From Chloroflexota bacterium (lineage in GTDB: Bacteria; Chloroflexota; Dehalococcoidia; UBA2979): 64,000 nucleotides of DNA. Below the pieces are notes generated by a model, which searched no databases, was not told the DNA's origin, and worked only from the letters and a program-made list of their open reading frames with translations. The stretch covers positions 1 through 64,000 of the forward strand of contig JAQCIU010000010.1 in NCBI GenBank assembly GCA_027593235.1. The letters run 5' to 3'. A program made the translations under genes and the position numbers. Positions 38,460 to 47,824 of this stretch are shown here, in pieces (positions within the stretch are counted from its first letter, which is position 1; every line of letters begins with the position of its first letter).

Positions 38460-39128
38460 CTAGCCGAGCAGCACTCGAAGCCCGACCGCCAGTTCCGCGA
38501 AGCTGGGCAGCGTGGCATCCGCGCCCGCCGCGTTGAGCTGATCCTCGGTCCAGCTTCCGGTTGCCACGCCGATGCCGATCGCACCGATCGCCGCCGCGCC
38601 GGTGATGTCGTGCTCCGAGTCCCCGATCACCACCAGCCGCTCGCCCGCGCTCCAGCCCAGCGCCTCGGCGCCCTCGCGCAGCATGTCTGGCCGGTTGTCG
38701 TGTCGGTCGCCGAAGCCGCCGGTCTCGAAGTACTGCGCGAGTCCCACGTGTTCGAGCTTCATGAAGGCGGTGTCGCGCCAGTTCCCGGTGCCCAGCCCCA
38801 TCACGACGTCATCGCGACCGCGCAGCGCCTCGAGGAGCGCGACCACCCCGGGGAGGACGCGCGCGTCGCGCTGCGCCAACTCCTCAAGGAGTAGCGGCGG
38901 GTACTGCTCGCGGTAGGCAGTCATCAGCGTGGCCTCGGGGACGCCGCTCGCCCGGGCGACCTCGCGCACGATCCACAGGTCCGTGCGGCCCTGGTAGTTC
39001 AGTCCCGCGAACGCGCCCTCGGCTCCGGGGACGCGATCGAAGGCGCGTCCCAGCGCGGCGCCGCCGGCGCTGTTGCTCGCCATCAGCGTCTGGTCGAGGT
39101 CAAAGAGCAGGTGGGTGCGGCTCGTCAC
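38460..39128 (-). CDS. HAD hydrolase (phosphoglycolate-phosphatase-like)
   Basis: LFDLDQTL, LGTGN, GGFGD, IGDSEHDI. Confidence 0.85.
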   Translation of the reverse strand: MTSRTHLLFDLDQTLMASNSAGGAALGRAFDRVPGAEGAFAGLNYQGRTDLWIVREVARASGVPEATLMTAYREQYPPLLLEELAQRDARVLPGVVALLEALRGRDDVVMGLGTGNWRDTAFMKLEHVGLAQYFETGGFGDRHDNRPDMLREGAEALGWSAGERLVVIGDSEHDITGAAAIGAIGIGVATGSWTEDQLNAAGADATLPSFAELAVGLRVLLG

Positions 39129-39156
39129 TGGTGCGCGCCGGTCTTCGCTGCGCGGT

Positions 39157-39498
39157 TCAGTCTTGCTTCTCCATCGGGTAGCCGGCCTTCGCCCACGCGT
39201 CGTGGCCACCTTCGACGTTGTACAGGTCGGTCAGGCCAAGCGCCGCCGCGAACTCGGCGGCGACCGCGGAACGCTGCCCGGACTTGCAGATGAAGAGGAT
39301 CGGCTTGTCCGTCGCCAGATCGGCGGCGCGGGTCAGCGTCGCCATGTGCTGGATGTTCAGGGATCCGGGAACGTGGCCATCGGCGTGCTCGTGCATTTCG
39401 CGCGAGTCGATCACCTGGACGCCGCCACCATCGATCAGCTCTTTGGCCTCGTGGACGTCGATCCGCGTGAACGGCTCGCCCTCGTTCTTCACTGCCAC
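39157..39498 (-). CDS. Rhodanese-like domain protein
   Basis: IDSRE..E...GHVPGS, CKSGQRS, NVEGG..AW; GGAGG RBS before GTG. Confidence 0.88.
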   Translation of the reverse strand: MAVKNEGEPFTRIDVHEAKELIDGGGVQVIDSREMHEHADGHVPGSLNIQHMATLTRAADLATDKPILFICKSGQRSAVAAEFAAALGLTDLYNVEGGHDAWAKAGYPMEKQD

Positions 39499-39583
39499 CG
39501 TCGTATCCTCCGGATCGGGCACCGGATCGCCGCGAACAGACGGCTCCGAGATTGCCTGTGTTTGTTGGGTGGATTGGTCAGAA

Positions 39584-40288
39584 ATGCCGAACAATCCGAG
39601 CATACCAGAGCTTCGCGAGGCCGCAGCCATCAACCTTGTTGGCGCACGCTCACCCGGCGACTCGCTGCTCACCGTCGGCATCGACCTCCGCAGCGGTCCG
39701 CGCTACCCGACCGGCCTCGCCGTCCTCGATGCGACGAACCGGCTGCGGCGCCTCGAGGTGGTGCGCGAAGACGCCGCGATCTTCGAGGCGATCGAGGAGG
39801 CGCGTCCCGCCCTGATCGCGATCGATGCGCCGCTCGGCCTCCCCGAGGGCCGTTGCTGCACGGATCAGGCTTGCGAGTGCGCACGGTTCGGGATCATGCG
39901 CGACGCCGATCGTGTCTGCGCCGCCGCCGGCTACCGGCCGTTTCCGACGCTGCTGCCCTCGATGGTCAAGCTCACCGAGCGGGGGATTCGACTCCACGAC
40001 ACCCTCACCGCAGCGGGCTATCCGGTGATCGAGGTCTATCCCGGCATGGCACAGGACATCCTGGGCATCCCGCGCAAGGGCGAGAGCGTCGACGCGCTCC
40101 GCCGCGGTCTCAAGCGCGGCGGCATCCTCGGCATCCCGCGCGGACGGCGGGTGACGCACGACGAACTGGACGCGGTCACCTGTGCCCTCGTCGCCCAGCT
40201 TCATCTCGCGGGAGCGACGGAGACGATGGGCCCCGGCGTCCCGGTGCCGCTCGTGCTTCCACGGCGAGCGCCCGCGGGGACCAGCTGA
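39584..40288 (+). CDS. DUF429 family protein (RNase H-like predicted nuclease)
   Basis: VGIDL, IAIDAPLGLP, VIEVYP, HDELDA; start approximate. Confidence 0.8.
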   Translation: MPNNPSIPELREAAAINLVGARSPGDSLLTVGIDLRSGPRYPTGLAVLDATNRLRRLEVVREDAAIFEAIEEARPALIAIDAPLGLPEGRCCTDQACECARFGIMRDADRVCAAAGYRPFPTLLPSMVKLTERGIRLHDTLTAAGYPVIEVYPGMAQDILGIPRKGESVDALRRGLKRGGILGIPRGRRVTHDELDAVTCALVAQLHLAGATETMGPGVPVPLVLPRRAPAGTS

Positions 40289-40371
40289 AGCATCAGGCAC
40301 CTCGGTAGCGCGGTTCGGCGCACGGCTACAATCGCAGGTGTGAACCGCCGTCCAGCCAACCCGCGCGCCCA

Positions 40372-41376
40372 ATGAGCGCCGCCGCCGCGTCGAGCCGCTC
40401 GACGGAGCGTGTGTTCGTCACCAGGATTCTTCCCGGTGAACCGTCGCTCGCGCGCCTCGCGGCGCGCTGCCATGTCGATGTCTGGCCGGATGCCGACCCG
40501 CCCCCCGGTGCCGTGCTGCGCGACCACGCGGCTGGTTCCAGCGCGCTGCTCACGATGATCAACGACGTCGTCGGCGCGTCACTCCTCGATGTCGCGCCAC
40601 GGCTCAAGGTCGTGGCGCAGATGGCCGTCGGCTACGACAACATTGACGTCGACGCGTGCAGCGACCGAGGTGTGCTGGTGACCAACACGCCGGGAGTCCT
40701 AACGGATACAACCGCCGACATGACGTTCGCGCTCCTCATGTCCGCCGCGCGGCGGCTCCCACGCGTCGAGCGCGCCGTCCGCGATGGCGAATGGGGCGAA
40801 TGGAACCCGACCTGGATGCTGGGACACCAGGTGACGGGAGCCACCCTCGGCATCGTCGGGCCCGGGCGCATCGGTCGCGCCGTGGCCGAACGTGCGCGCG
40901 GCTTCGCGATGACCGTGATTTACGCCGGTCACCGGCCGAACGCGGACTTCCCCGGCGAGTACGTGACCTTCCAGGAATTGCTCGCCCGGTCCGATTTCGT
41001 TTCGATCCACGCGCCGCTCACCGCCGAAACCCAGCACCTCTTCGACGACGCGGCGTTCGCCGCGATGCAGCCACACGCGATCCTCGTCAACACCGCACGC
41101 GGCGGGCTCGTCGACCAGTACGCCCTCTGCCGAGCGCTCAAGACGGGTGCGATTGGCGGCGCCGCGCTGGATGTCACCACCCCGGAACCGTTGCCACCTG
41201 ACGATCCGCTATTGTCCGCGCCAAACCTCACGATTGCGCCCCACCTCGGAAGCGCGACACTACAGACGAGGATCGAAATGGCGGAACTCGCGGTGGACGG
41301 CGTCCTGGCCGTGCTCGACGGCATCCGACCGCAACACCTCGTGAATGCCGAAGCCTGGGAGCGTCGCCGCCCGTGA
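40372..41376 (+). CDS. D-2-hydroxyacid dehydrogenase (glyoxylate/hydroxypyruvate reductase)
   Basis: VGYDNID, TNTPGVLT, GPGRIG, NTARG, ALDV..PEP, PHLGSAT. Confidence 0.9.
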   Translation: MSAAAASSRSTERVFVTRILPGEPSLARLAARCHVDVWPDADPPPGAVLRDHAAGSSALLTMINDVVGASLLDVAPRLKVVAQMAVGYDNIDVDACSDRGVLVTNTPGVLTDTTADMTFALLMSAARRLPRVERAVRDGEWGEWNPTWMLGHQVTGATLGIVGPGRIGRAVAERARGFAMTVIYAGHRPNADFPGEYVTFQELLARSDFVSIHAPLTAETQHLFDDAAFAAMQPHAILVNTARGGLVDQYALCRALKTGAIGGAALDVTTPEPLPPDDPLLSAPNLTIAPHLGSATLQTRIEMAELAVDGVLAVLDGIRPQHLVNAEAWERRRP

Positions 41377-42053
41377 ACGAGAAACGTGATCTCAGCCAGC
41401 TGCATGGACGGCTCTGGCTCGCCGAGGCGCTCTGGAAGCTCGGCTCCATCCAGTTCGGCGACTTCAGCCTCGGACGGACCGTCCGCAACTCCCCGGTCCA
41501 CGTCAACGCGAAGCTCCTGATCTCTCGACCGTCCGATCTCCAGCGCACCGCGCAGCTCATCGCGGACGAGCTGCGCATGGGTCAGGCGATGCGCAACCGG
41601 CAGGTCGAGCCGTTCGACAACATCGCCGGGGTGCCGATCGGCGGTCTCCACATCGCCACCGCGCTCTCCCTCGAAACGGGCAACCCGCTGCTGTACGTCC
41701 GCCCGCCGCGGACCGGCAGCGTCGAGCACGCGCCGCACATCGAGGGCATCTACACACCGGGACAAGGCACGGTGATCGTCGACGACCTCGCCGCCGGCGG
41801 TGGGTCGCTCGTCGAAACGGTCGAACGGCTACGCGAGGCCGGTCTGCGCGTCCACGACGCGGTCGTGTTGATCGATCGCGAGCAGGGAGCGGCCGGACGC
41901 CTCGGGATGCTCGGGGTCAGCCTGCATTCGGTGCTGACCCTGGATGTTGTCCTCCAATACCTCCACTCGGCGGGACACGTGGACGACGAGGACTACGAGC
42001 GCTCACGGCTCTACCTTGGTCGTGAGGGACAGGTCCGCTCCGAATTCGACTAG
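41373..42053 (+). CDS. pyrE: Orotate phosphoribosyltransferase-like protein
   Basis: QFGDFSL, IAGVP.GG, PRPP loop VIVDDLAAGGGS, LIDREQG. Confidence 0.72.
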   Translation: MNEKRDLSQLHGRLWLAEALWKLGSIQFGDFSLGRTVRNSPVHVNAKLLISRPSDLQRTAQLIADELRMGQAMRNRQVEPFDNIAGVPIGGLHIATALSLETGNPLLYVRPPRTGSVEHAPHIEGIYTPGQGTVIVDDLAAGGGSLVETVERLREAGLRVHDAVVLIDREQGAAGRLGMLGVSLHSVLTLDVVLQYLHSAGHVDDEDYERSRLYLGREGQVRSEFD

Positions 42054-42297
42054 CGCGCCGGACCACGCCTCTTACGATTCACCCCGGCGATCCCCGCCTG
42101 ATCGGCACCTGACATCGCCCGAACCGCCGGGGATCCTCGCGGGTGGCCTCGGTGACCGCTCGAGACTGCAGCGCTTATTCCTCTCCGCCGCTGCGCCGAT
42201 TCTTACCGGTCCTGCCGTAGCACCGCGCTGCTCGCGGCAATTCCTCTAGCAACGAAGGAGCGAGCGGCGCCGACAGCGACGCCAGGAGGAGACCACG

Positions 42298-43129
42298 ATG
42301 TGGGGAGTGCTGATCGGTACCGCGGCTGCGCATAAGGCCGCCGCGGTTGGCGTCGGATTGTCGGTGATACTTGGCACGGCAGGGACCGCCGAGGTCACCG
42401 GCATCGGCCCAACCGTTCGAGACATCGTCCGGCATGAGGCCGTGCAGGAGAGCGCGTCAGACGCGATCGACGAAGGCGTCACCCGCGAGGACGAATCAGC
42501 GCTCGCCATGCTGGACGAGGACGAGAGCACGATCTCCGAGTTGGCGCTCGAATCCGAAGCCACGAGCGAGGACGAGAGCGCCCTGGATGAGGACGGGGAA
42601 CGGGAGCACTTCGCGCTGGCGGCCGAGGACGGTCCCGGGAACCTAGTGTGGCATCTGAAGGACGGCGTCTTCCACCTCCGCGGCACCTTGATCGATGCAG
42701 GCGACGGGCTCGCGATCCGAACTGCAGGACCTGACGGGGAAGTGCTCGACCTGCTCGTGGATGAGGACTCTGTCGATCTCAGGATCCCCGGTGGTCACGC
42801 GAAGGACGGTGATATCGCGCTCGATGACTACCTGGGCGCGATGGTTCGCGCGACCGGAACCTGCGTCGCATCCACCGACGCCGAGGCCGCCCCGGATTGC
42901 ACGGTAGAGACGCTGCGAATCCTCGGAAACGCCGGGCGGAACGATGCTGGCGGACGACTCGTCGATCGACGAGTCGTCCGCCAGCATCGATGAGCACGAG
43001 TCGGTCGACGGTGAGGACGGCGAGGACCTCGATGACGAGGACGGCGAGAAGGACGGTGGACACGGACAAGGTCACGGTAAGCCCGACCACGCCGGTGGAC
43101 CGCGATCGCACGACGAGTCGGATGACTAA
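42298..43129 (+). pseudogene. Exported paralog of the anti-sigma-like protein, apparently frameshifted at ~42942-42989 (ORF 42298-42993, tail in +1 frame to 43129)
   Basis: Aligns to 43990-44952 (AAAHKA...GTAEVxGIGPxVRD; PGNL...FxLRG; C..C.V....LGNAG); the acidic/HGKP tail lies in another frame; may be an assembly artefact. Confidence 0.55.
42942..42989. repeat. Perfect 48-bp loopless palindrome
   Basis: CGATGCTGGCGGACGACTCGTCGA|TCGACGAGTCGTCCGCCAGCATCG. Confidence 0.95.
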
Positions 43130-43157
43130 GAGCCCCCCGCACGCCCGCGGTCTGACC

Positions 43158-43201
43158 GAGCAGCATCAGGGCCGGTAACGTTGCCGGCCTCGATGCTGCT
43201 C
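43158..43201 (+). terminator. Long imperfect hairpin, candidate terminator
   Basis: GAGCAGCATC-AGGGCCGGTAAC|GTTGCCGGCCTC-GATGCTGCTC. Confidence 0.45.
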
Positions 43202-43297
43202 CTCTGCGATCCCCCGAACGGGGACGATTTGACCTGGCATCGAGGGGCGCCCCGGTCGCGGGATTCGACGGTCGACCGATGATCCTTGAGAACCAGG

Positions 43298-43324
43298 CGT
43301 CACAAACCGAGACATCACGGCAAT
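43298..43324 (+). promoter_or_regulatory. Putative ECF promoter, copy 1
   Basis: CGTCACAAAC-N12-GCAAT before the sigma gene; same motif and spacing at 43897. Confidence 0.6.
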
Positions 43325-43349
43325 GCCCGATCTGAGCGCCGGCGAGAGG

Positions 43350-43877
43350 ATGGCAGTCAACCGCGTGGATCCGCACGCCCGTCAGACCGTGGAGCGTGCC
43401 CGCGCCGGCGACGAGGCCGCCTGGCGGGAACTCTTCGACGAGCATTACCCCCGGCTCTTCAAGTTCTTTCGCAGTCGCGTCGATTCCGACGCAACGGCGG
43501 AGTACCTGGCGGCGGAGACCTTCACCGAGGCCGTGCGTGGCCTCCCGCGCTTCCGCTGGCGAGACCGCCCCTTCGGTGCCTGGTTGTTCGGAATCGCGCG
43601 CAATCGCTTGAGGATGCACTACCGCTCGCGCCGCGTTCATGCCGAATTGCCTGAGGAAATCGGCTATGCGCGCGATGACTACCTGGAGATAGACATCCGC
43701 GACGCGCTGGAGCGGATCGAACCGGATCACCGGCTGGCGATTGAACTGCGATACCTCCTGGGATTGAGCGGCGAGGAGGCCGCTGCAGCGATGGGCCGTT
43801 CCCACGGCGCGTTTCGCGCCCTGCTCCACCGGGCGACAGCCGCCTTCAAGCGGGAGTACGGGAGTCCGTCACCGTGA
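43350..43877 (+). CDS. ECF sigma-70 factor
   Basis: RARAGDEAAWRELFDEHY, region 2 F.AWLFGIARN, region 4 LS.EEAAAAMGRS.GA.R..LHRA; GAGAGG RBS before ATG 43350. Confidence 0.93.
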   Translation: MAVNRVDPHARQTVERARAGDEAAWRELFDEHYPRLFKFFRSRVDSDATAEYLAAETFTEAVRGLPRFRWRDRPFGAWLFGIARNRLRMHYRSRRVHAELPEEIGYARDDYLEIDIRDALERIEPDHRLAIELRYLLGLSGEEAAAAMGRSHGAFRALLHRATAAFKREYGSPSP

Positions 43878-43896
43878 CCCGGCTCATCACAGGGCC

Positions 43897-43923
43897 CGTC
43901 ACAAACGGGCCAGTGCCTGCAAT
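43897..43923 (+). promoter_or_regulatory. Putative ECF promoter, copy 2
   Basis: CGTCACAAAC-N12-GCAAT between the sigma and anti-sigma genes. Confidence 0.6.
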
Positions 43924-43989
43924 TCCATGGTTAGAGACCGACCCGAGCAACCGCGTCGCAGCCGGTGGCGTGCGTAAACGAGATGTCCG

Positions 43990-44952
43990 ATGATCCGCAT
44001 CCGATTCTGGCGGCAGCCACAGCCCGAAGCCCTGGACCCGGAGATCCTGGCGGTGTTCGAGCAGCACGCGCACGCGCCGATCCTCCACGAGGCGCGCATC
44101 ACGGCCGTACGTGCGCGCGTCGCGATGCAGCTCGAACGGGAGGCGCCCCGCGGCGCTGGCCTGCGACAACGCCTCGCGTACGCGGCGGTCGGCGGGGGTG
44201 GCCTCTGGGGTACCGCGATCGGCGTCGCGGCGGCCCACAAGGCCGTCGTGGTGGCAGCCGGCGTCGGCCTGCTGTTAGCCGGCGGCACGGCAGCCGAGGT
44301 GTCCGGCATCGGTCCCGCCGTACGTGATGCCGTGCGGGCACCGCAGGCGACGACGCCCCATCCAACGCAGTCAGCGATCGATCCAACATCGTCCCCGACC
44401 GCGACGGCAGTCGCCGCGGTGGTCGCGTCCAGCGCAACGCCACGACCGGGGAACGGCGCCACGGTGACCGATGCACCTGAGGACGTTCCGGGAAACCTGT
44501 CTACACACGTCAATTCCAAGGGCGAGTTCACGTTGCGCGGGGTACTGGTCGCCGTCGGCCCCGGAACGATCGACGTCCAGACGAGCGTCGACGACGTGCC
44601 AATCCGGTTCCTGCTGGGCGACGCCCGCGTGAAGATCCCGGGGAACGCGACGAGTGGCCTCGATGCATACGTCGGTCACCTCCTGGTGGTGAGCGGGCAA
44701 TGCGAGACGATCGGCGGGCAACTGACCGAGGACTGCGACGTCGATTCGGTCACGGTGCTGGGCAACGCCGGGCAGAGCAATTCTGGTCAGGGGAACCTGA
44801 ATCAGAGCAATCCCGCAGCAACCGGCACCGCAGAGGCCGAGCCCAGCGCGACGCCGAACGCGCCGGGACAGTCGGGCCAGCATGGCAAGCCGGAAGACCC
44901 CGGTGCGTCGGAACACGCCGGCAAACCCGACGACGAGTCCTCCGAGGACTAG
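43990..44952 (+). CDS. Putative transmembrane anti-sigma factor with an extracytoplasmic beta domain
   Basis: Directly after the ECF; short cytoplasmic N-terminus, TM, Pro/Thr linker, beta-rich domain with a Cys pair, HGKP-containing acidic tail. Confidence 0.65.
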   Translation: MIRIRFWRQPQPEALDPEILAVFEQHAHAPILHEARITAVRARVAMQLEREAPRGAGLRQRLAYAAVGGGGLWGTAIGVAAAHKAVVVAAGVGLLLAGGTAAEVSGIGPAVRDAVRAPQATTPHPTQSAIDPTSSPTATAVAAVVASSATPRPGNGATVTDAPEDVPGNLSTHVNSKGEFTLRGVLVAVGPGTIDVQTSVDDVPIRFLLGDARVKIPGNATSGLDAYVGHLLVVSGQCETIGGQLTEDCDVDSVTVLGNAGQSNSGQGNLNQSNPAATGTAEAEPSATPNAPGQSGQHGKPEDPGASEHAGKPDDESSED

Positions 44953-45040
44953 GCGCGAATCGTCACCCGAGCCGTATCAAACAGCGGCACCACGGCAATA
45001 CCAGAGACGGGGGCAAGGATGGCTGCCCACCTCAATGCGG

Positions 45041-45075
45041 GACCCCCGGCTTCACGGCCGGGGGTCTTGTCGTTT
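45041..45075 (+). terminator. Intrinsic terminator
   Basis: gacccccggc-ttcacg-gccgggggtc followed by ttgtcgttt. Confidence 0.7.
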
Positions 45076-45158
45076 CCAGCCACATCGGGCGTCGCTGAGC
45101 CTCGGCGGACCGGGACGCGAGGGCCGGAGCGCGCTACGCTGCGGCCCGGAGGTCGCCC

Positions 45159-45941
45159 ATGGATGAGCTGATTGCCGATCTGGTCGCAGAGCAGGACTAC
45201 CTGGACGCCGCGATCCGCGACGCGCCCGAGGCGCGCTGGAATGCTCCGTCGCCCGCCGACGGCTGGCTGATGCGCGACTGCGTCGCCCACCTCGCCGAAC
45301 TCGATCGCACTGCCGCCATCATCGCCGAGACCGGCGCCTATCCGGACGGCGATCGACGCCCCGGCGACGGTGTCGTAACAGCCGGACAGCTCGACGCGCG
45401 AAGGCTTTCGATCGCGGAGTTGCTGTCCTTCTGGCGCGAGTCGCGCGCTCGCCTCGCCACAGCGCTGAAGCCGCTCGACGGACGGGACCGGCTGCCGTGG
45501 GCCGGCAACACGATGAGCGTGCGTTCCTTCACCACGGCCCGACTGATGGAAGCGTGGTCGCACGGGTTGGACGCGATCGAGAGCGCGGGAGTGACCCCGG
45601 TCGATAGCGACCGCCTGCGCAACATTGCCCACATTGGCTACGCCACCCGCGACTTCGCCTACCGAAACCGCGGTCTCGAACCGAGCGCCGAGGCCCTCCG
45701 CGTGGAGCTGACGGCACCCTCCGGCGCGATATGGTCCTGGGGACCGGATGACGCGACAGCGCGCGTCACCGGAACCGCCGGCGACTTCTGCCGCGTCGTC
45801 ACCCAGCGCATCCACTACACCGATACCGGTCTGGAATACACGCCGGGCGCGGCGGAGGAGTATCTGCAGATCGCGCAGGCCTTCGCCGGACCGACCGGCG
45901 CGGGGCGCCCGCCTTCCGGCACGCCCGAGGGCGCGCGCTAG
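45159..45941 (+). CDS. MDMPI/DinB-superfamily protein (TIGR03084-like)
   Basis: PSPADGW..RD.VAHLA, TARLMEAWSHG.D, DFCRVVTQR, AQAFAGPTG.GR. Confidence 0.85.
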   Translation: MDELIADLVAEQDYLDAAIRDAPEARWNAPSPADGWLMRDCVAHLAELDRTAAIIAETGAYPDGDRRPGDGVVTAGQLDARRLSIAELLSFWRESRARLATALKPLDGRDRLPWAGNTMSVRSFTTARLMEAWSHGLDAIESAGVTPVDSDRLRNIAHIGYATRDFAYRNRGLEPSAEALRVELTAPSGAIWSWGPDDATARVTGTAGDFCRVVTQRIHYTDTGLEYTPGAAEEYLQIAQAFAGPTGAGRPPSGTPEGAR

Positions 45942-46870
45942 ACCGCCTGAACCTCGGCGATCTCGGCGGCGGCGGTGCGGCCCTCGAGGCGGAGCACGAC
46001 CTCGTTGATCGCCAGCACGAGCGCAAAGCCAACGACGGCAAGCAGCGCGGTCACCAGCACCGCGCCGTCCGGTGCGCCGAGGGCGGTGTCGTCCAACCCG
46101 TTCGGCCACGGCCAGAGCACCCGCGTCGAGCCGATCATCAGCCCGATTAGCGCGGCCATGACCGTGTCGTAGTGATGCTCCAGCGCCCAGTGCAGCAGTT
46201 GAGAGAACAGCGCGAGACCCAGCGTCGCTCCGAGCAGGAATACCGCCAGGAACCCAAACTCGCGGTTGGTCACGGAATCGAGCACGGGGCCGTACATCCC
46301 CAGCAGCACGAGGATGAGCGATCCGCTGATACCGGGCAGAATCATCGCGCAGATCGCGATCGCGCCTGAGAAGAAGTAGGCCCAGATCGCAACGTCGGTC
46401 GCCTGCGACACGGAGTCCTCGGAGGTCCCGCCGCGGAGTCCCATCGCGACGAAAACCGCCACCCCAACGGCGACCATCACCAGCACGCGAGTCACGTCGC
46501 GGCGCTCGATCAGCCACCAGGCGACCACGATCGAACTGCCGACCAGGCCGAGGAAGAACCCGGCGACCTGAACCGGATGGTCATTCAGTTGGGTTTCGAT
46601 GAGATGGGCCAGCGAGATCACCGCGAGACCGATTCCCGCGAGCAGCGGCACCAGGAAGAGCCACTCAACCCGGCGCAGCCATTCGATGCCGGCTGTCACG
46701 TCGCCACGCGCGAAGCGCCCCAACGCGGAACTGCCGGAGCGAACCGAGGAGACGAGGCGGAGGTAGAACCCGAGCACCAGCGCCACGGTGCCGCCAGAGA
46801 CACCCGGTACCACATCGGCGGCTCCCATGAGGAAGCCGCGAGCCACCGTCACGAGCGCGGAAATCATCAT
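45938..46870 (-). CDS. DUF368 family protein (putative undecaprenyl-phosphate translocase)
   Basis: MGAADVVPGVSGGTVA and AICAMILPGISGS. Confidence 0.92.
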   Translation of the reverse strand: MMISALVTVARGFLMGAADVVPGVSGGTVALVLGFYLRLVSSVRSGSSALGRFARGDVTAGIEWLRRVEWLFLVPLLAGIGLAVISLAHLIETQLNDHPVQVAGFFLGLVGSSIVVAWWLIERRDVTRVLVMVAVGVAVFVAMGLRGGTSEDSVSQATDVAIWAYFFSGAIAICAMILPGISGSLILVLLGMYGPVLDSVTNREFGFLAVFLLGATLGLALFSQLLHWALEHHYDTVMAALIGLMIGSTRVLWPWPNGLDDTALGAPDGAVLVTALLAVVGFALVLAINEVVLRLEGRTAAAEIAEVQAV

Positions 46871-46968
46871 CGAGCGAGTCTAGAGCCGCGCCCGGTTGTG
46901 GGCCTCAGCGTCCACCCGACGCCTCGCAGGGCGCGCCGAAGCGTCCAAGCACCGAGCACCGATCGGAG

Positions 46969-47742
46969 CTACTGTCCCCGCATTCGCCCGACGAATCGCG
47001 CCGCCGCGCGCGGGTTTCGCAGCACGCGGAGCACCGAGGGCCCGGGCGCCGGTGGCATCCCCGCCAGCTTCCGGATCCAGTCACCGAACACCTCGGTCAG
47101 TGGTGCGCCGTGCCCCGGAGCGCCGTGGCTCGGGGCACGCGCGGCGATGGACGCGAGCGATCGCTCCTGCATCGCGGTGTCGTCGTTGGCCATCGGCAGC
47201 GGCCGGCTGAGCCGGTCGCCCGAGTTCAGGGTCAGATCGCCGACGAAGATCAGGGCGCGCGCCGGTAACAGGAAACAGAGGGAGCCCGAGGTGTGTCCCG
47301 GCGACGGGATCGCCCAGATACCCGGAGACACCTCGGTGTCGTGCTCCATCGACACCGGTTGGTCGACCGCGGCCGGATGCGGGAGCGGGCCACCGCGATG
47401 CATTACCCGCTGGAGCCAGCGTGGCGGCTTCTGATCAGCTCGGATGCGGCCGTCGGCGACGTCCCCCGCGCCGGCGACCACGCGCAGGCCCAGGCGCGCG
47501 CGCAGCTCCGAGGCGCCACCCGCGTGATCCCAGTGCCGATGTGTCAGCAGCAACATCGAGGGGGTCACGCCGAGCCGCTCGAGGGCAGCCGCGATCACCG
47601 GTGCGGCACGCGGCGTGCCGGCGTCCACCAGTGCGTACCCACCCTCGTCCAATGTCAGCAGGTAGCAGTTGGCCCCGGGGATCGAACGCAGGCGCCAGAC
47701 GCCATCGATCACAGGCTCGGCCACGGTCGAATCGAAGTCCAT
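46969..47742 (-). CDS. MBL-fold metallo-hydrolase
   Basis: LVDAG, THRHWDHAGG, PGHTSGS, FVGD, PGHG. Confidence 0.9.
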   Translation of the reverse strand: MDFDSTVAEPVIDGVWRLRSIPGANCYLLTLDEGGYALVDAGTPRAAPVIAAALERLGVTPSMLLLTHRHWDHAGGASELRARLGLRVVAGAGDVADGRIRADQKPPRWLQRVMHRGGPLPHPAAVDQPVSMEHDTEVSPGIWAIPSPGHTSGSLCFLLPARALIFVGDLTLNSGDRLSRPLPMANDDTAMQERSLASIAARAPSHGAPGHGAPLTEVFGDWIRKLAGMPPAPGPSVLRVLRNPRAAARFVGRMRGQ

Positions 47743-47824
47743 GTACCACCAGTTGACCTGAGCCGCGGAGAAGCCCAGCGTATCTGTTGCACGGATTACA
47801 GCGAGGACGAAGGGGACGCGCGCG

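Noticed and set aside
39584-40288. DUF429 nuclease as an anti-phage defence gene
   Set aside because: Solitary, in a housekeeping context, with no defence-island neighbours
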